Assembly: GCA_017987115.1 (NCBI GenBank)
Contig: JAGNUG010000004.1
Span: 1,445-65,444, forward strand
Direction: 5' to 3'
Source: Flavobacteriales bacterium
GTDB taxonomy: Bacteria > Bacteroidota > Bacteroidia > Flavobacteriales_F > PHOS-HE28
DNA length: 64,000 nucleotides
Under the pieces are notes generated by a model that did not search any database, was not told the DNA's origin, and was given only the letters and a program-made list of their open reading frames with translations. The stretch's first letter is position 1; every line of letters starts with the position of its first letter. Positions 29,623 to 38,967 of this stretch are shown piece by piece. Made by a program: the position numbers and the translations under genes.

Positions 29623-29747
29623 TCCAGTGAGTTGCTGACTTAGCGACAGAATGTTGTTAATGGATCCTGCTTGTATACGAGCTTTCGGATGCTGCGCAGG
29701 ATCAACCTTAGCGGTCCCGGTATTTATTGGCCGGAAGGAAGAACTAC

Positions 29748-30161
29748 ATGTCTCTTATGACCGATAGAACCACTACGTTGATGATGGAACGCCTACGCGC
29801 CATTGCAGCACGCAAAGAACGATTCAGCTACGATGTACGCGGTGATTCCTATGTAAATACTGATCTGATCGTGGCCTATTCGATCGAGAATGCGGGTAAG
29901 CCGGTCGATCTTGAGAAAGTGATCGCACATGCTATTGCGAATGATAGTATTGTCAGCGGTCAACGCCTACCTGATGGACACGTGGTCTATACCAGCTGCC
30001 GCCTCTTCACGGACATGCAGAACGCAGAACGTTTTGCGCGTGAACAGAAACAGACTTCCGTATACAATTGGAACCGATACGCCGAAATGCCGATCAAAGG
30101 CGCAGCCGTTGCGGTTTCGATGGACAGTGACGATGATCCTGAACAAGTGTCCGAGAGTTAA
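29748..30161 (+). CDS. Hypothetical cytoplasmic protein resembling a small phage-associated alpha/beta family
   Basis: VAY...LEKVIAHA...IVSG...Y-x-S-x-R-x-F...A-x-x-F-x-x-E-x-x-Q-x-S-V pattern; start uncertain (29727/29748/29757). Confidence 0.6.
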   Translation: MSLMTDRTTTLMMERLRAIAARKERFSYDVRGDSYVNTDLIVAYSIENAGKPVDLEKVIAHAIANDSIVSGQRLPDGHVVYTSCRLFTDMQNAERFAREQKQTSVYNWNRYAEMPIKGAAVAVSMDSDDDPEQVSES

Positions 30162-30302
30162 GTGTACTTCATTAGGTTGGTTCCAGGAAAGTCGCGAGTT
30201 GTGTTTTGATTAAGTTATCAAGTCATAGCACATTCAACTGCATACGATACGCTCCATCATCAAAGCCCTATTTTCGCCGAATTAAATAATCCCAGAACCT
30301 GA

Positions 30303-31337
30303 ATGCGTCAACTTTTTACTCTTGTCCTTACTTCTGCTACAATGCTTTCCATGAACGCCCAAAGCCTTACCAGCCCGGAAAGCGTTGAATACGATCCAGC
30401 ATACGATCGATACCTCGTTTCCAATTCCAGCGATGGTACGATCGTGGCCCGTGATCAAGCGGGAGTCATCACTTCATTCGTTACCGGTATCCCTTCTGGA
30501 CCATACGGGCTGGAGATCCTTGACAATACCGTCTATGCCTGTGCTGGAGGTCGTGTTCGTGGGTTCGATCTAGCAACCGGCATCCAAGTGTCCAATGTGA
30601 ACTGTGGTGGTTCTTTCTTGAATGGTATCACCACCGACGGCACGTTCATTTACGCAACGGATTTTGGTGATGGTAAGATCTTTAAGATCGACGTGGTTGC
30701 AGGTATGTCAACAACATTGGTAGCCAATACAGGTAGCACACCGAATGGCATTGTTCATGATCCGGATACCGATCTGCTATGGGTCGCTTTCTGGGGTGCG
30801 AATGCGCCTGTAAAAGCATACGAACTGGATGGTACACCGGGACAGACGTTCGCAACTACGCTGACCAACATCGATGGGATCACACGCGATTGTTTCGGTA
30901 ATCTCTATCTCGCATCATGGACGCCGGATGCGATAACGCGCCTGGAGATCGCAACCGGAACACAATCCAACATGGGCTGGACGGTCGCGAATCCTGCGGA
31001 TATTGATTTTGATGCGGTGAATTCACTGATCTGTATCCCGAATACATCCACCAGTACCGTTACACTCGAAACAGTTGATGACTGCATAACCGGCGTTGCT
31101 GATCTTGACGCGATCTCAGGTATCACCATTTCACCGAACCCTGCAACGAACATGATCCAGATCGCCAATGCGCCCAATGCCCGCACGTATCGGATCCTTG
31201 ATGCCGGATCACGTGAAGTCCTGTCAGGAAAGATCCGATCCAACGCTACGATCGATATCAGTGAATTACGCCCAGGGGTCTATCTACTGGCGCTGGACAA
31301 CGCTACGCAGTTCAGCCGATTCGTTCGTGCTCAATAG
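30303..31337 (+). CDS. SMP-30/gluconolactonase-like beta-propeller with T9SS type A C-terminal domain
   Basis: Signal peptide; PESV, PYGL, LNGI, PNGI, IDGI, PADI blades; ISPNPA...LRPGVYLL...RFVRA CTD. Confidence 0.85.
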   Translation: MRQLFTLVLTSATMLSMNAQSLTSPESVEYDPAYDRYLVSNSSDGTIVARDQAGVITSFVTGIPSGPYGLEILDNTVYACAGGRVRGFDLATGIQVSNVNCGGSFLNGITTDGTFIYATDFGDGKIFKIDVVAGMSTTLVANTGSTPNGIVHDPDTDLLWVAFWGANAPVKAYELDGTPGQTFATTLTNIDGITRDCFGNLYLASWTPDAITRLEIATGTQSNMGWTVANPADIDFDAVNSLICIPNTSTSTVTLETVDDCITGVADLDAISGITISPNPATNMIQIANAPNARTYRILDAGSREVLSGKIRSNATIDISELRPGVYLLALDNATQFSRFVRAQ

Positions 31338-31380
31338 GTCAATTGGAGCGAGCGATCGCAATTCGGGAGTAAACCTTCAG

Positions 31381-31415
31381 TGATGGCGCGGATAGAACCC
31401 GCGCCATCATTATTT
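31381..31415 (+). terminator. Rho-independent terminator
   Basis: TGATGGCGCGG-ATAGAAC-CCGCGCCATCA followed by TTATTT. Confidence 0.75.
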
Positions 31416-31484
31416 GTGCCAAACCCATTTGGGATCTGGCTTTTTGGGTAGTAGATTTAGGGTCCATTAAAACCAGCTCCCATT

Positions 31485-31739
31485 ATGAACATTACATTCA
31501 ATGAGTTGCGTAAGATCAAGGATACCTTACCGGATGGAAGCATTCATCGCATTGCGAAGGAACTTGAGTTGAACGTAGAGACCGTATGGAACTATTTCGG
31601 TGGATACAGCCACCCGAATGGAAGGCCCATGGGCGTGCATGTTGAAGAAGGACCGGACGGTGGTGTGGTCGCTTTGGACGATACGCGGATCTTGGATATT
31701 GCCAATAGGATCTTGAACGAGAAACCCGTTCACGCCTGA
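31485..31739 (+). CDS. Conserved small Bacteroidota HTH-like DNA-binding protein
   Basis: ITFNELRKIKDTLPDGSIHRIAKEL...NYFGG...GPDGG...LDDT-IL matches a conserved Bacteroidota family as I recall it. Confidence 0.8.
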   Translation: MNITFNELRKIKDTLPDGSIHRIAKELELNVETVWNYFGGYSHPNGRPMGVHVEEGPDGGVVALDDTRILDIANRILNEKPVHA

Positions 31740-31756
31740 ACCTTTACGATCAAGTG

Positions 31757-31795
31757 AAGAGAACGGTCTACTGAGGTGGGCCGTTCTCTTTTCTT
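31757..31795 (+). terminator. Rho-independent terminator
   Basis: AAGAGAACGG...CCGTTCTCTT stem followed by TTCTT. Confidence 0.75.
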
Positions 31796-31852
31796 ACCAG
31801 TGGAATTGGAAGAAGATATGGATGAACGTGTGCCGGGGTGCACTAGTACGAA

Positions 31853-32131
31853 ATGAAGAATTCTGAAAAGGAAGTAACGAAGGGTCACAAACCGAGCAAC
31901 ACGGTGGTGCTCATTCTATTGGTACTGGCGAGTGCTGCTGCGGCCATTGATATTTGGGATGGCCATTGGCTCAAGGCTGCAAGTTCCGTATTGATCCTGT
32001 TGGGGATCATTGCGCTGTTATTTGCAAGGCGCTACCAAAGCAGTCGTTGGCGTGTGGCCATGTTGATGGCATTCACTTTGGCAGCTGTGGCGCTATTCGC
32101 TCGGCTCGCATTCTGGCAAGGCTGGGTCTGA
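31853..32131 (+). CDS. Small three-TM membrane protein
   Basis: Three hydrophobic helices; fills the gap between a terminator and the convergent OmpA gene. Confidence 0.55.
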   Translation: MKNSEKEVTKGHKPSNTVVLILLVLASAAAAIDIWDGHWLKAASSVLILLGIIALLFARRYQSSRWRVAMLMAFTLAAVALFARLAFWQGWV

Positions 32132-32156
32132 AGGCCGGTTGTCCATCAACATCCAA

Positions 32157-33347
32157 CTAGCGCTCAATGATCCGGAACTCCACCCTGCGGTTCACGGCCT
32201 TGTTCGCATCACTGGTATTCGGCACTAACGGCTTGGATTCTCCGTAGCCTTTCCAAGTGATACGTTCTTTGTCCACTTTCTTTTTTATCAGGTAGTCCGC
32301 AACAGCTTTCGCGCGATCATTGCTCAACTTCAAGTTGTATTCGTCCGTGCCTTCATCATCCGTATGTCCTTCGATCTCTGCGGTGAGGAATGGATAGTCC
32401 GTTAGCATGTCCACCAACTTGGTCAGCTCGACCTCATAACCAGGTAGAAGTATGGCCTTATCGAATTCGAATTGCACATTGTCCAAACGCACGGTTGTGC
32501 CAACTGCTGGTTCCACCGTTTCAATAGCGACTTCCTTGGTGCTGGTATGTTGGGGTACGACGATCTTTGGTGGAGGTGGAATACTCTGCTTGGGTTTTGG
32601 CGTTAGATCAGCACCTTCAGGCGCAATACGCACGTTCACATCGTCGATGTAATAGTATGCACCACGTTCGCCTTTGTCGAATTTCTCTATGGTCGTTGCT
32701 TCGTCCCCATAGAAATTTCCGAGCAGCAGGAACTTCTCCTCACCGGTTGCATCGAACACGCCACTCACCTTATGCCATCCGCCTTTTACGGTCTTTTCCT
32801 CGTTAACGGTCGGTGTCAGGTACAGCGGCAAGCAATCGCGTGTGCTTATTGGAGTATCCGTGAAAAGCAGGCCGATGTTATTACTGGCTTCATTGCTTCG
32901 CTCAGCGCGCAACGCCCAGAACTCAGCAATGTAGCGGGTGCCGGCGATCAAGGGTTCGGGTAACTCGGCCTGAACATATTCATGCCAGAACGTAGGCGTG
33001 TTGCCGAGGCCATAAGTCTTGATCCCGATCATGGCATCTCCTGTGTGTGTCGATTGTTTACCGTTACTATGCTTGCTCGGATGCGCCCAACAGGTGTTCT
33101 CGTTCTTGGTGCTGAAATGGTCCGGAGTGGTCTGCGTCGGACTGCTCCAACCGATCATGTTCGTGTTGAACTTGGCTACGTCCTGGGTCCAACCGCAATA
33201 CACACGTTGCGATTCCTCAAAGCCAGGATTGATCACCAGATTCGGCATGGTGTCGTTCTGCAAAGCGCGTTGCAGAAGATTCTGTGCATCGGCGGCCAGA
33301 ACGAATAGGATCGAGATCGCGGTAAAAAGAAGATGCTTGCGGTTCAT
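32157..33347 (-). CDS. OmpA-C peptidoglycan-binding protein with N-terminal carbohydrate-binding-like domain
   Basis: Signal peptide; NLVINPGFE; C-terminal VQFEFDKA, IEGHTD, LSNDRAKAV, GYGESKP, NRRVEF. Confidence 0.88.
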   Translation of the reverse strand: MNRKHLLFTAISILFVLAADAQNLLQRALQNDTMPNLVINPGFEESQRVYCGWTQDVAKFNTNMIGWSSPTQTTPDHFSTKNENTCWAHPSKHSNGKQSTHTGDAMIGIKTYGLGNTPTFWHEYVQAELPEPLIAGTRYIAEFWALRAERSNEASNNIGLLFTDTPISTRDCLPLYLTPTVNEEKTVKGGWHKVSGVFDATGEEKFLLLGNFYGDEATTIEKFDKGERGAYYYIDDVNVRIAPEGADLTPKPKQSIPPPPKIVVPQHTSTKEVAIETVEPAVGTTVRLDNVQFEFDKAILLPGYEVELTKLVDMLTDYPFLTAEIEGHTDDEGTDEYNLKLSNDRAKAVADYLIKKKVDKERITWKGYGESKPLVPNTSDANKAVNRRVEFRIIER

Positions 33348-33420
33348 GATCGCGAAGATATTTGGATGGTCATAGGCTCAAGACAATTGGAGTGCCGGGT
33401 TTTAACGGTGGATCGTTAAG

Positions 33421-33500
33421 AGCAGTGGGCAACCAGCAGTGGGCAATTGGCGACCAGCTGTTTGCAGTTGCCAACTGCCCACTGGAAACTACGAACTGCA
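33421..33500. repeat. Inverted heptamer-periodic array with no cargo (REP-like)
   Basis: GCAGTGG GCAACCA GCAGTGG GCAATTG GCGACCA GCTGTTT GCAGTTG, then CCAACTG CCCACTG GAAACTA CGAACTG; 33437-33453 pairs with 33468-33484 at 15/17. Confidence 0.75.
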
Positions 33501-33534
33501 TTCAACCGCTTTTCTTCCCACTTTTGCGCCCCGA

Positions 33535-34929
33535 ATGACAGTTACTCGCCTATTCAACCTCATCCGCGAAAGCTTCGATGGTAACGAGGAGCGTGATTAC
33601 ACGCAGATCGGTGTTAGGCATGCGATCGTCCTGCTATGCATTCCGATGGTCCTCGAAATGGGAATGGAAGCCGTGTTCGCATTGGTGGATATTTTTTTCG
33701 TGAGCAAACTCGGCAAAGAAGCAATAGCTACCGTTGGTCTTACGGAAGGTGTGATGATGTTGGTCTATTCCCTTGCATGGGGACTAGGGATGGGAATTAC
33801 AGCATTGGTCGCAAGAAGAGTAGGTGAAAAGGATCCCAAGGGGGCATCGCGTGCAGCTATGCAAGGGATGTTGCTGACCGTGCTCCTGGGAATACTGATC
33901 GCTATCCCCGGCTTGATCATGCCTGAAAGGATACTAAGCCTCATGGGTGCCGAACCAGAGGTTGTGGAGATGGGCACTTCCTATATGCGGATCATGCTCG
34001 GTGGCAACATTGTGATCCTGTTGATCTTTGCAGTGAATGCGATCTTTCGCGGAGCTGGCGATGCGGCCATGGCCATGCGATCACTTGCATTGGCCAACGG
34101 TCTCAACATCATTTTATGCCCTCTGTTGATCTATGGTGTTGGACCGATCGAAGGGCTCGGCGTTACAGGAGCAGCACTTGCTACGACCATTGGTAGAGGT
34201 AGTGGGGTGGTCTATCAACTGTACCATTTGTTCAGTGGCAAGGGGCGTATCACCGTTCGCGGCATTGCCCTCGCGTTGGATCCAAGCGTTATGCTGAATA
34301 TCCTGAAGATCTCGGCTGGGGGTGTCGCGCAATTCTTGATCGCATCAGCCAGTTGGGTGTTCATGGTCCGCATCATTGCTGCATTCGGAAGTGCAGCTAT
34401 TGCAGGCTATACCATTGCGGTGCGGATCATTATTTTTTCCATTCTTCCGTCTTGGGGAATGGCCAACGCGGCGAGTACACTTGTAGGTCAGAATCTTGGC
34501 GCGCAACAACCGGAACGTGCTGAACGCTCCGCATGGTTATGCGGCCATTACAACATGATCTTCATGACCTGCATCGCGGTCTTTTTCTGGATCACTGCGC
34601 CGTGGCTGATCAGCTTTTTTACTACGGAACAGGAGATCATAAGCGTAGGTATCGATGCATTGCGCATCATTTGCCTAGGTTACTTTTTCTATGGATATGG
34701 AATGGTATTGGCCCAAGCCTTCAATGGAGCCGGTGATACGCTCACACCTACTTGGATGAATGTGGTCTGTTTCTGGATGTTGGAGATCCCACTCGGTTGG
34801 TTCCTTGCCAGAACATTGGGATGGGGACCGCACGGCGTGTTCGCGTCGATCGCGATCAGTGAAAGTGCGCTTGCAGTGTTAAGCGTTGTACTCTTCAAAC
34901 GCGGCAAGTGGAAATTGATGCAGGTGTGA
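33535..34929 (+). CDS. MATE family efflux transporter
   Basis: About 12 TMs; DIFFVSKLG, FRGAGD, GQNLGA, AFNGAGDT. Confidence 0.93.
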   Translation: MTVTRLFNLIRESFDGNEERDYTQIGVRHAIVLLCIPMVLEMGMEAVFALVDIFFVSKLGKEAIATVGLTEGVMMLVYSLAWGLGMGITALVARRVGEKDPKGASRAAMQGMLLTVLLGILIAIPGLIMPERILSLMGAEPEVVEMGTSYMRIMLGGNIVILLIFAVNAIFRGAGDAAMAMRSLALANGLNIILCPLLIYGVGPIEGLGVTGAALATTIGRGSGVVYQLYHLFSGKGRITVRGIALALDPSVMLNILKISAGGVAQFLIASASWVFMVRIIAAFGSAAIAGYTIAVRIIIFSILPSWGMANAASTLVGQNLGAQQPERAERSAWLCGHYNMIFMTCIAVFFWITAPWLISFFTTEQEIISVGIDALRIICLGYFFYGYGMVLAQAFNGAGDTLTPTWMNVVCFWMLEIPLGWFLARTLGWGPHGVFASIAISESALAVLSVVLFKRGKWKLMQV

Positions 34930-34948
34930 GCCCAAGCCACGCTCTGCA

Positions 34949-35710
34949 CTACTTTGCGATGAAATTCTTTGGCTTGCCGGCCTTGTACCACTTCAGCAAC
35001 GTATCGATCATGTGCTCGATCTTCCTTGCATCGGCCCACGTACTGCGGAACACAAGGTTGCCATCCTTGTCAACTAAATAGGCCCCGTTTGGTGCACGGC
35101 CGTAGTTGTTGAAGGTTGCATCGTCCATGCCATCCACAAGTACCGGTAGTTCTCCCAGTTGCGAGAACTGCGCAGCATAGTGGGTCTTCTGTTCAAGTGT
35201 GGTGGGGATCGGGAATTTCTTGAAATTACCTTTGTCGGATGGATGCATTTCCCTTCCGTAAATAACGAAGATGTCCACGTCTTCATTGTCGTATTTCTTG
35301 GCCAATGCGCTCCAACGTTCCATCTGCACACGCGCCGGTGGACTGGTTATACTGCCGAACATGAACGCTCTGATCCTGCCAGACTTACCGCTCAATGAAT
35401 AGTTTCCACCACTGATCACCTCAGGAAGCGAGAAGTCATGGGTCTGTGGCACCATTCCACCACCTTCACTGTAACTTCGGATCTCGCGGATGGTCGTGCG
35501 CATCATCTTATCGAAATTCATACGCCACATGTTCACCTGCTTGCGCATTTTCTTGATCTCCTTCTTGGTATACGCATTCAAGTAGAAGTCCAGATCGTCA
35601 TGAAATACCAACGCTGAATCCGAAGGGTACCACGATGGGTCCCAATTATTGAGCTGGGTATACCCTTGGAAAGAGAACAGAAAGGTTAGCGATAGTAGGA
35701 ATTGGCGCAT
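34949..35710 (-). CDS. Secreted iodothyronine-deiodinase-like (thioredoxin-fold) protein
   Basis: FGSITSPP (cf. FGSCTUPP), IYGREMHPSD (cf. IYIEEAHPSD), VLVDGMDD...YG-x-x-PNGAYLVDKDG; signal peptide; TACCTTTG -7 box at 35729-35736. Confidence 0.8.
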   Translation of the reverse strand: MRQFLLSLTFLFSFQGYTQLNNWDPSWYPSDSALVFHDDLDFYLNAYTKKEIKKMRKQVNMWRMNFDKMMRTTIREIRSYSEGGGMVPQTHDFSLPEVISGGNYSLSGKSGRIRAFMFGSITSPPARVQMERWSALAKKYDNEDVDIFVIYGREMHPSDKGNFKKFPIPTTLEQKTHYAAQFSQLGELPVLVDGMDDATFNNYGRAPNGAYLVDKDGNLVFRSTWADARKIEHMIDTLLKWYKAGKPKNFIAK

Positions 35711-35796
35711 TGCTGGATCAACGAGGCTCAAAGGTAGGACTGTGGTCGGTATGCTGTGTTCGCCGGTACTCTTCGATCATCAACTTCACAGAGCAA

Positions 35797-37971
35797 TTAG
35801 AATTTGTAGCGCAATTGCAACTTCAGATCACTGCGTGTATTCCCTGCTATCTCTTGCAGGCCACTACTGCTTGAGGTCTGGTCCTGATAGAGCCACGCTC
35901 CATAACGTACCCAAATATCCATACGACGCAAGGGTGATACGCGGAACATGGCATAGGCGCGGATCCCACGACCATAGTAGGGTGGAATGGAGAATACTCC
36001 GACCAGGTCGTTCTCATAGGCATATAAACGCGCATTGTAGGTGTCGCTTTCGAACAATGCAATTCTGAATGTGGTCTCGAATGGGCTGCTCAAAGGTCTG
36101 TGTACAATGTCCTGGTAGAGTAAAAACCCATGTTCCAAGGGGCTTGATCCGCGCTGGAAATCCACGGTCTCAACACGCGTCCGAAGGCTTATGGAAGGAC
36201 TCACCTTGTAGGTGGCGTTGAATCGGTAATTGGTCTGGTCAACACTTACCAAATTGTCGATCCCATCAACATCGAAAGCCGTGTTCCTAGCACGTTCCTG
36301 ATGGCGTGCACGAACGTAGATCTCCACGCCACGGCTCGGTTTCCAGTTCAGCTGTGCCAACCAGTCAAATCCTGAATTAGGTCCATCGGTCAAGTACCGC
36401 AACCACGGAAAACTGAATTGATCGAAGTAGGCATTGAAGGTCCAACGTCTATTCGGACGGATCTCCAATCCGGTAAACAACCCATGCTCATTCCACGGAC
36501 TTCCGCCCTCCGAAAAGGCAACACTGTAGAGACCGTGATAATCCCTGCCATAGTTGCGATACAGCAGGCTCATACTTACTCGTTTGTCGAGTGAGACCAA
36601 CACACCGGTATTCATTGCCTTACCGCCATTGGAACTGGTGCTCACTTCTCCGAACCAAGTGAGGTTGCGGTAGAGGTAGTTCCAATCCACACCTGCCGTA
36701 GTATTGGTTTTACCCGTGAAATTGAACTGGCTGTAAGGCCGTGAGGTCGGTTGAAGGAATGCATCATATTGCACGTTCGCCATGGTGGCGCCAATGCTGA
36801 AACTACTTCGTGTATAACGCACATGCCCACCGATGATCTGTTCATTGATCCCGTTGCTTTTGCGTAATTCCGTGTTGGTGCGGTGGAATCCGTCTTCCTG
36901 GAAACTACTGAAGGTCACTTCCTGGATCTGTGTACCGATGGAATCATTCTGGGTAGGCAATGCGGATACATTTCCATCGATCCCTTTGCGCGAAAAGAAT
37001 CCGGTCAATTCGACATTCTTCACAACCTCGATCGTAGCAGCTCCACCGCGCAGGAAGAGATTCTCATTCACGCTGGTGTAAGGTGATAGTCCTATGGCGT
37101 TGCGTTTTACGTTCATGGTAAAACTGCTCTTGCTGGAGAAGGCCAATCCGTTCCAGAATGTCAATCCTTGGCCGAATTGTGCTTGGTAATCGCCGATCGC
37201 CACTGCTTTCAAACGGCCGATATCACGGAGGAAAAGATGTGCGCTGTAGTAATCAAATCCTTGTTTTTGTGAGCCTTTGAAGAATTCCTCTCCTTCGTCT
37301 TTTTCAGCAGTGATGCCGAAGCTTACGTTCTGGCGATACCGGAATCTGTAACGCGTATAGATCCGGTAAGGACTACCGAGATACACCTTGTTGTTCGCAC
37401 GCAATGAATCACGCACCGCTGGGTCGTCGTAGTTCGGTAGTGGATCACCATCCGGATCATAATATTCCTTCCCGAACGGGTTGTTGCGATCCATGAACCC
37501 TTTGCGTTCCTCAATGTTCATGGTACTACGGATCAGTACTTCACTACCGCCTTGGGAAAAGATCTCCTTCAAATTGGCCCGTGTACTTTTCGCATTCTCA
37601 CGCACTGTAACAAAGGGTCGGATCAGTTCGATGGTCTCTGCATCCAGGCCATTGACCGTTTGCAGTTCATAAAAGCTCTGCATCTTGCCGAACTTCCTAA
37701 TGTGTTCAAGTATCGTGCTGACTTGGACATCGCTCAAAAAGATCAAGCTGTTCAGCTCTTGGGCATCGGTATGGTTCAGGTCGATCGGGTTCTTCAGTCG
37801 ATCCGTCAGTTGATCAACAAGTGCGGTAAGGTCAACGCTGCTATCATCGCCCAATTGATCACTGGCTGCTTCTATCCGTTGCTCAATAATGTCACGTGGT
37901 ATCACATCCTCCTGCGCTTGCACATACATACAGACACAGAACATGGGTATGGCTGCTAAGGCCTTTTTCAT
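35797..37971 (-). CDS. Helix-hairpin-helix (ComEA-like) domain outer-membrane beta-barrel protein
   Basis: Signal peptide; IDLNHTDAQELNSL...ELQTVNGLD HhH repeats; long amphipathic-strand C-terminus ending LQLRYKF. Confidence 0.8.
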   Translation of the reverse strand: MKKALAAIPMFCVCMYVQAQEDVIPRDIIEQRIEAASDQLGDDSSVDLTALVDQLTDRLKNPIDLNHTDAQELNSLIFLSDVQVSTILEHIRKFGKMQSFYELQTVNGLDAETIELIRPFVTVRENAKSTRANLKEIFSQGGSEVLIRSTMNIEERKGFMDRNNPFGKEYYDPDGDPLPNYDDPAVRDSLRANNKVYLGSPYRIYTRYRFRYRQNVSFGITAEKDEGEEFFKGSQKQGFDYYSAHLFLRDIGRLKAVAIGDYQAQFGQGLTFWNGLAFSSKSSFTMNVKRNAIGLSPYTSVNENLFLRGGAATIEVVKNVELTGFFSRKGIDGNVSALPTQNDSIGTQIQEVTFSSFQEDGFHRTNTELRKSNGINEQIIGGHVRYTRSSFSIGATMANVQYDAFLQPTSRPYSQFNFTGKTNTTAGVDWNYLYRNLTWFGEVSTSSNGGKAMNTGVLVSLDKRVSMSLLYRNYGRDYHGLYSVAFSEGGSPWNEHGLFTGLEIRPNRRWTFNAYFDQFSFPWLRYLTDGPNSGFDWLAQLNWKPSRGVEIYVRARHQERARNTAFDVDGIDNLVSVDQTNYRFNATYKVSPSISLRTRVETVDFQRGSSPLEHGFLLYQDIVHRPLSSPFETTFRIALFESDTYNARLYAYENDLVGVFSIPPYYGRGIRAYAMFRVSPLRRMDIWVRYGAWLYQDQTSSSSGLQEIAGNTRSDLKLQLRYKF

Positions 37972-38780
37972 TTGAACCTGTAGTTCAAACCGATCATCGG
38001 TGTCGCGCCTAATTGTGAGCGAACGGCAAGCGCCAGATCAATATCCAATTTCTTGTACCGGATGCCTGCACCGAAGTGCCCTTGGACCGGACCAGTGCTT
38101 ATGCCAGTGCGAAGGAAAAGGACTGAATTCGGATGGTATTCCGCACCGAACCTGAATTGCTCCCCGCGATCAATGTCCTTTTCCACATCCGCGGTCATCA
38201 AGAACTTGGGGCTGAACGTATAGACCAGACCAGCACGTAGTATGGTAGGGATTGCTTCATCGTATGGTCCTCCGATCTTCGCCTTGTTCAAATTGTATGC
38301 ATGCGCTCCGATCCACAATTCATCCGTGATCTTGGCCTGCATTCCGATCTCCGCCGTGAACGCACTCGCACTTCCGTAATTCTCTCCTAAACGAACACCC
38401 AGGTAATCGAATTGCACAGCGACACGTATGCCCTCACCGAAGCGCATGGCATAACCCAAACTTCCTTTGCTTTGGTTGTACAAAGAATAGCCGAACCGAT
38501 CAGCCCCAATACCCAATGTCCCCTTGCCCAATGGTATGGCTACAGCCAATCCTTGGTGCGCGAGATCCGATGAAAGAAAATGTTGCTGATAAAAAATTCC
38601 CGCTGCGGGAACTTCCAGTGCTGCAAGCCCCGCCGGGTTCAACCGTATGCTCCAGAGATCACTTAAGGCCAAGCCGGAATAACCCATTCCGGCAAAACGA
38701 GCGCCCATGGGCAGATCCTCTCCACCTGCACGGATCAGTGGTGAGCTAAGTAGTAAAAGGATCGCAAGTATTGGTCGCAT
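37968..38780 (-). CDS. PorV/PorQ-like (FadL-type) outer-membrane beta-barrel
   Basis: Signal peptide; GARFAGMG...NPAGLA hatch motif; alternating strands; C-terminal LNYRFK. Confidence 0.75.
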   Translation of the reverse strand: MRPILAILLLLSSPLIRAGGEDLPMGARFAGMGYSGLALSDLWSIRLNPAGLAALEVPAAGIFYQQHFLSSDLAHQGLAVAIPLGKGTLGIGADRFGYSLYNQSKGSLGYAMRFGEGIRVAVQFDYLGVRLGENYGSASAFTAEIGMQAKITDELWIGAHAYNLNKAKIGGPYDEAIPTILRAGLVYTFSPKFLMTADVEKDIDRGEQFRFGAEYHPNSVLFLRTGISTGPVQGHFGAGIRYKKLDIDLALAVRSQLGATPMIGLNYRFK

Positions 38781-38910
38781 CGCTCCGAAAGTAGGGCATA
38801 GACATGGAGTGACGTGTAAGTCGGTGAAAATTCAGTCCATTGTGTTCCGCTATGGACGCTGGATCCGATCCGAGCAGGTTGTTGTTCCTTAATACCCCGA
38901 CAACGATACT

Positions 38911-38918
38911 TAACTTTG
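38911..38918 (+). promoter_or_regulatory. Bacteroidota -7 element (TAACTTTG) for the hpt-adk operon
   Basis: Exact TAnnTTTG match upstream of hpt. Confidence 0.6.
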
Positions 38919-38967
38919 CGCCTTGCTCATGGAAGAAGTATTCATCAAAGAGGGCATATCCAACACC

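Noticed and set aside
34949-35710. Selenoprotein (UGA read-through) in the deiodinase-like gene
   Set aside because: The codon at the Sec-equivalent position is AGT and the ORF has no in-frame TGA.
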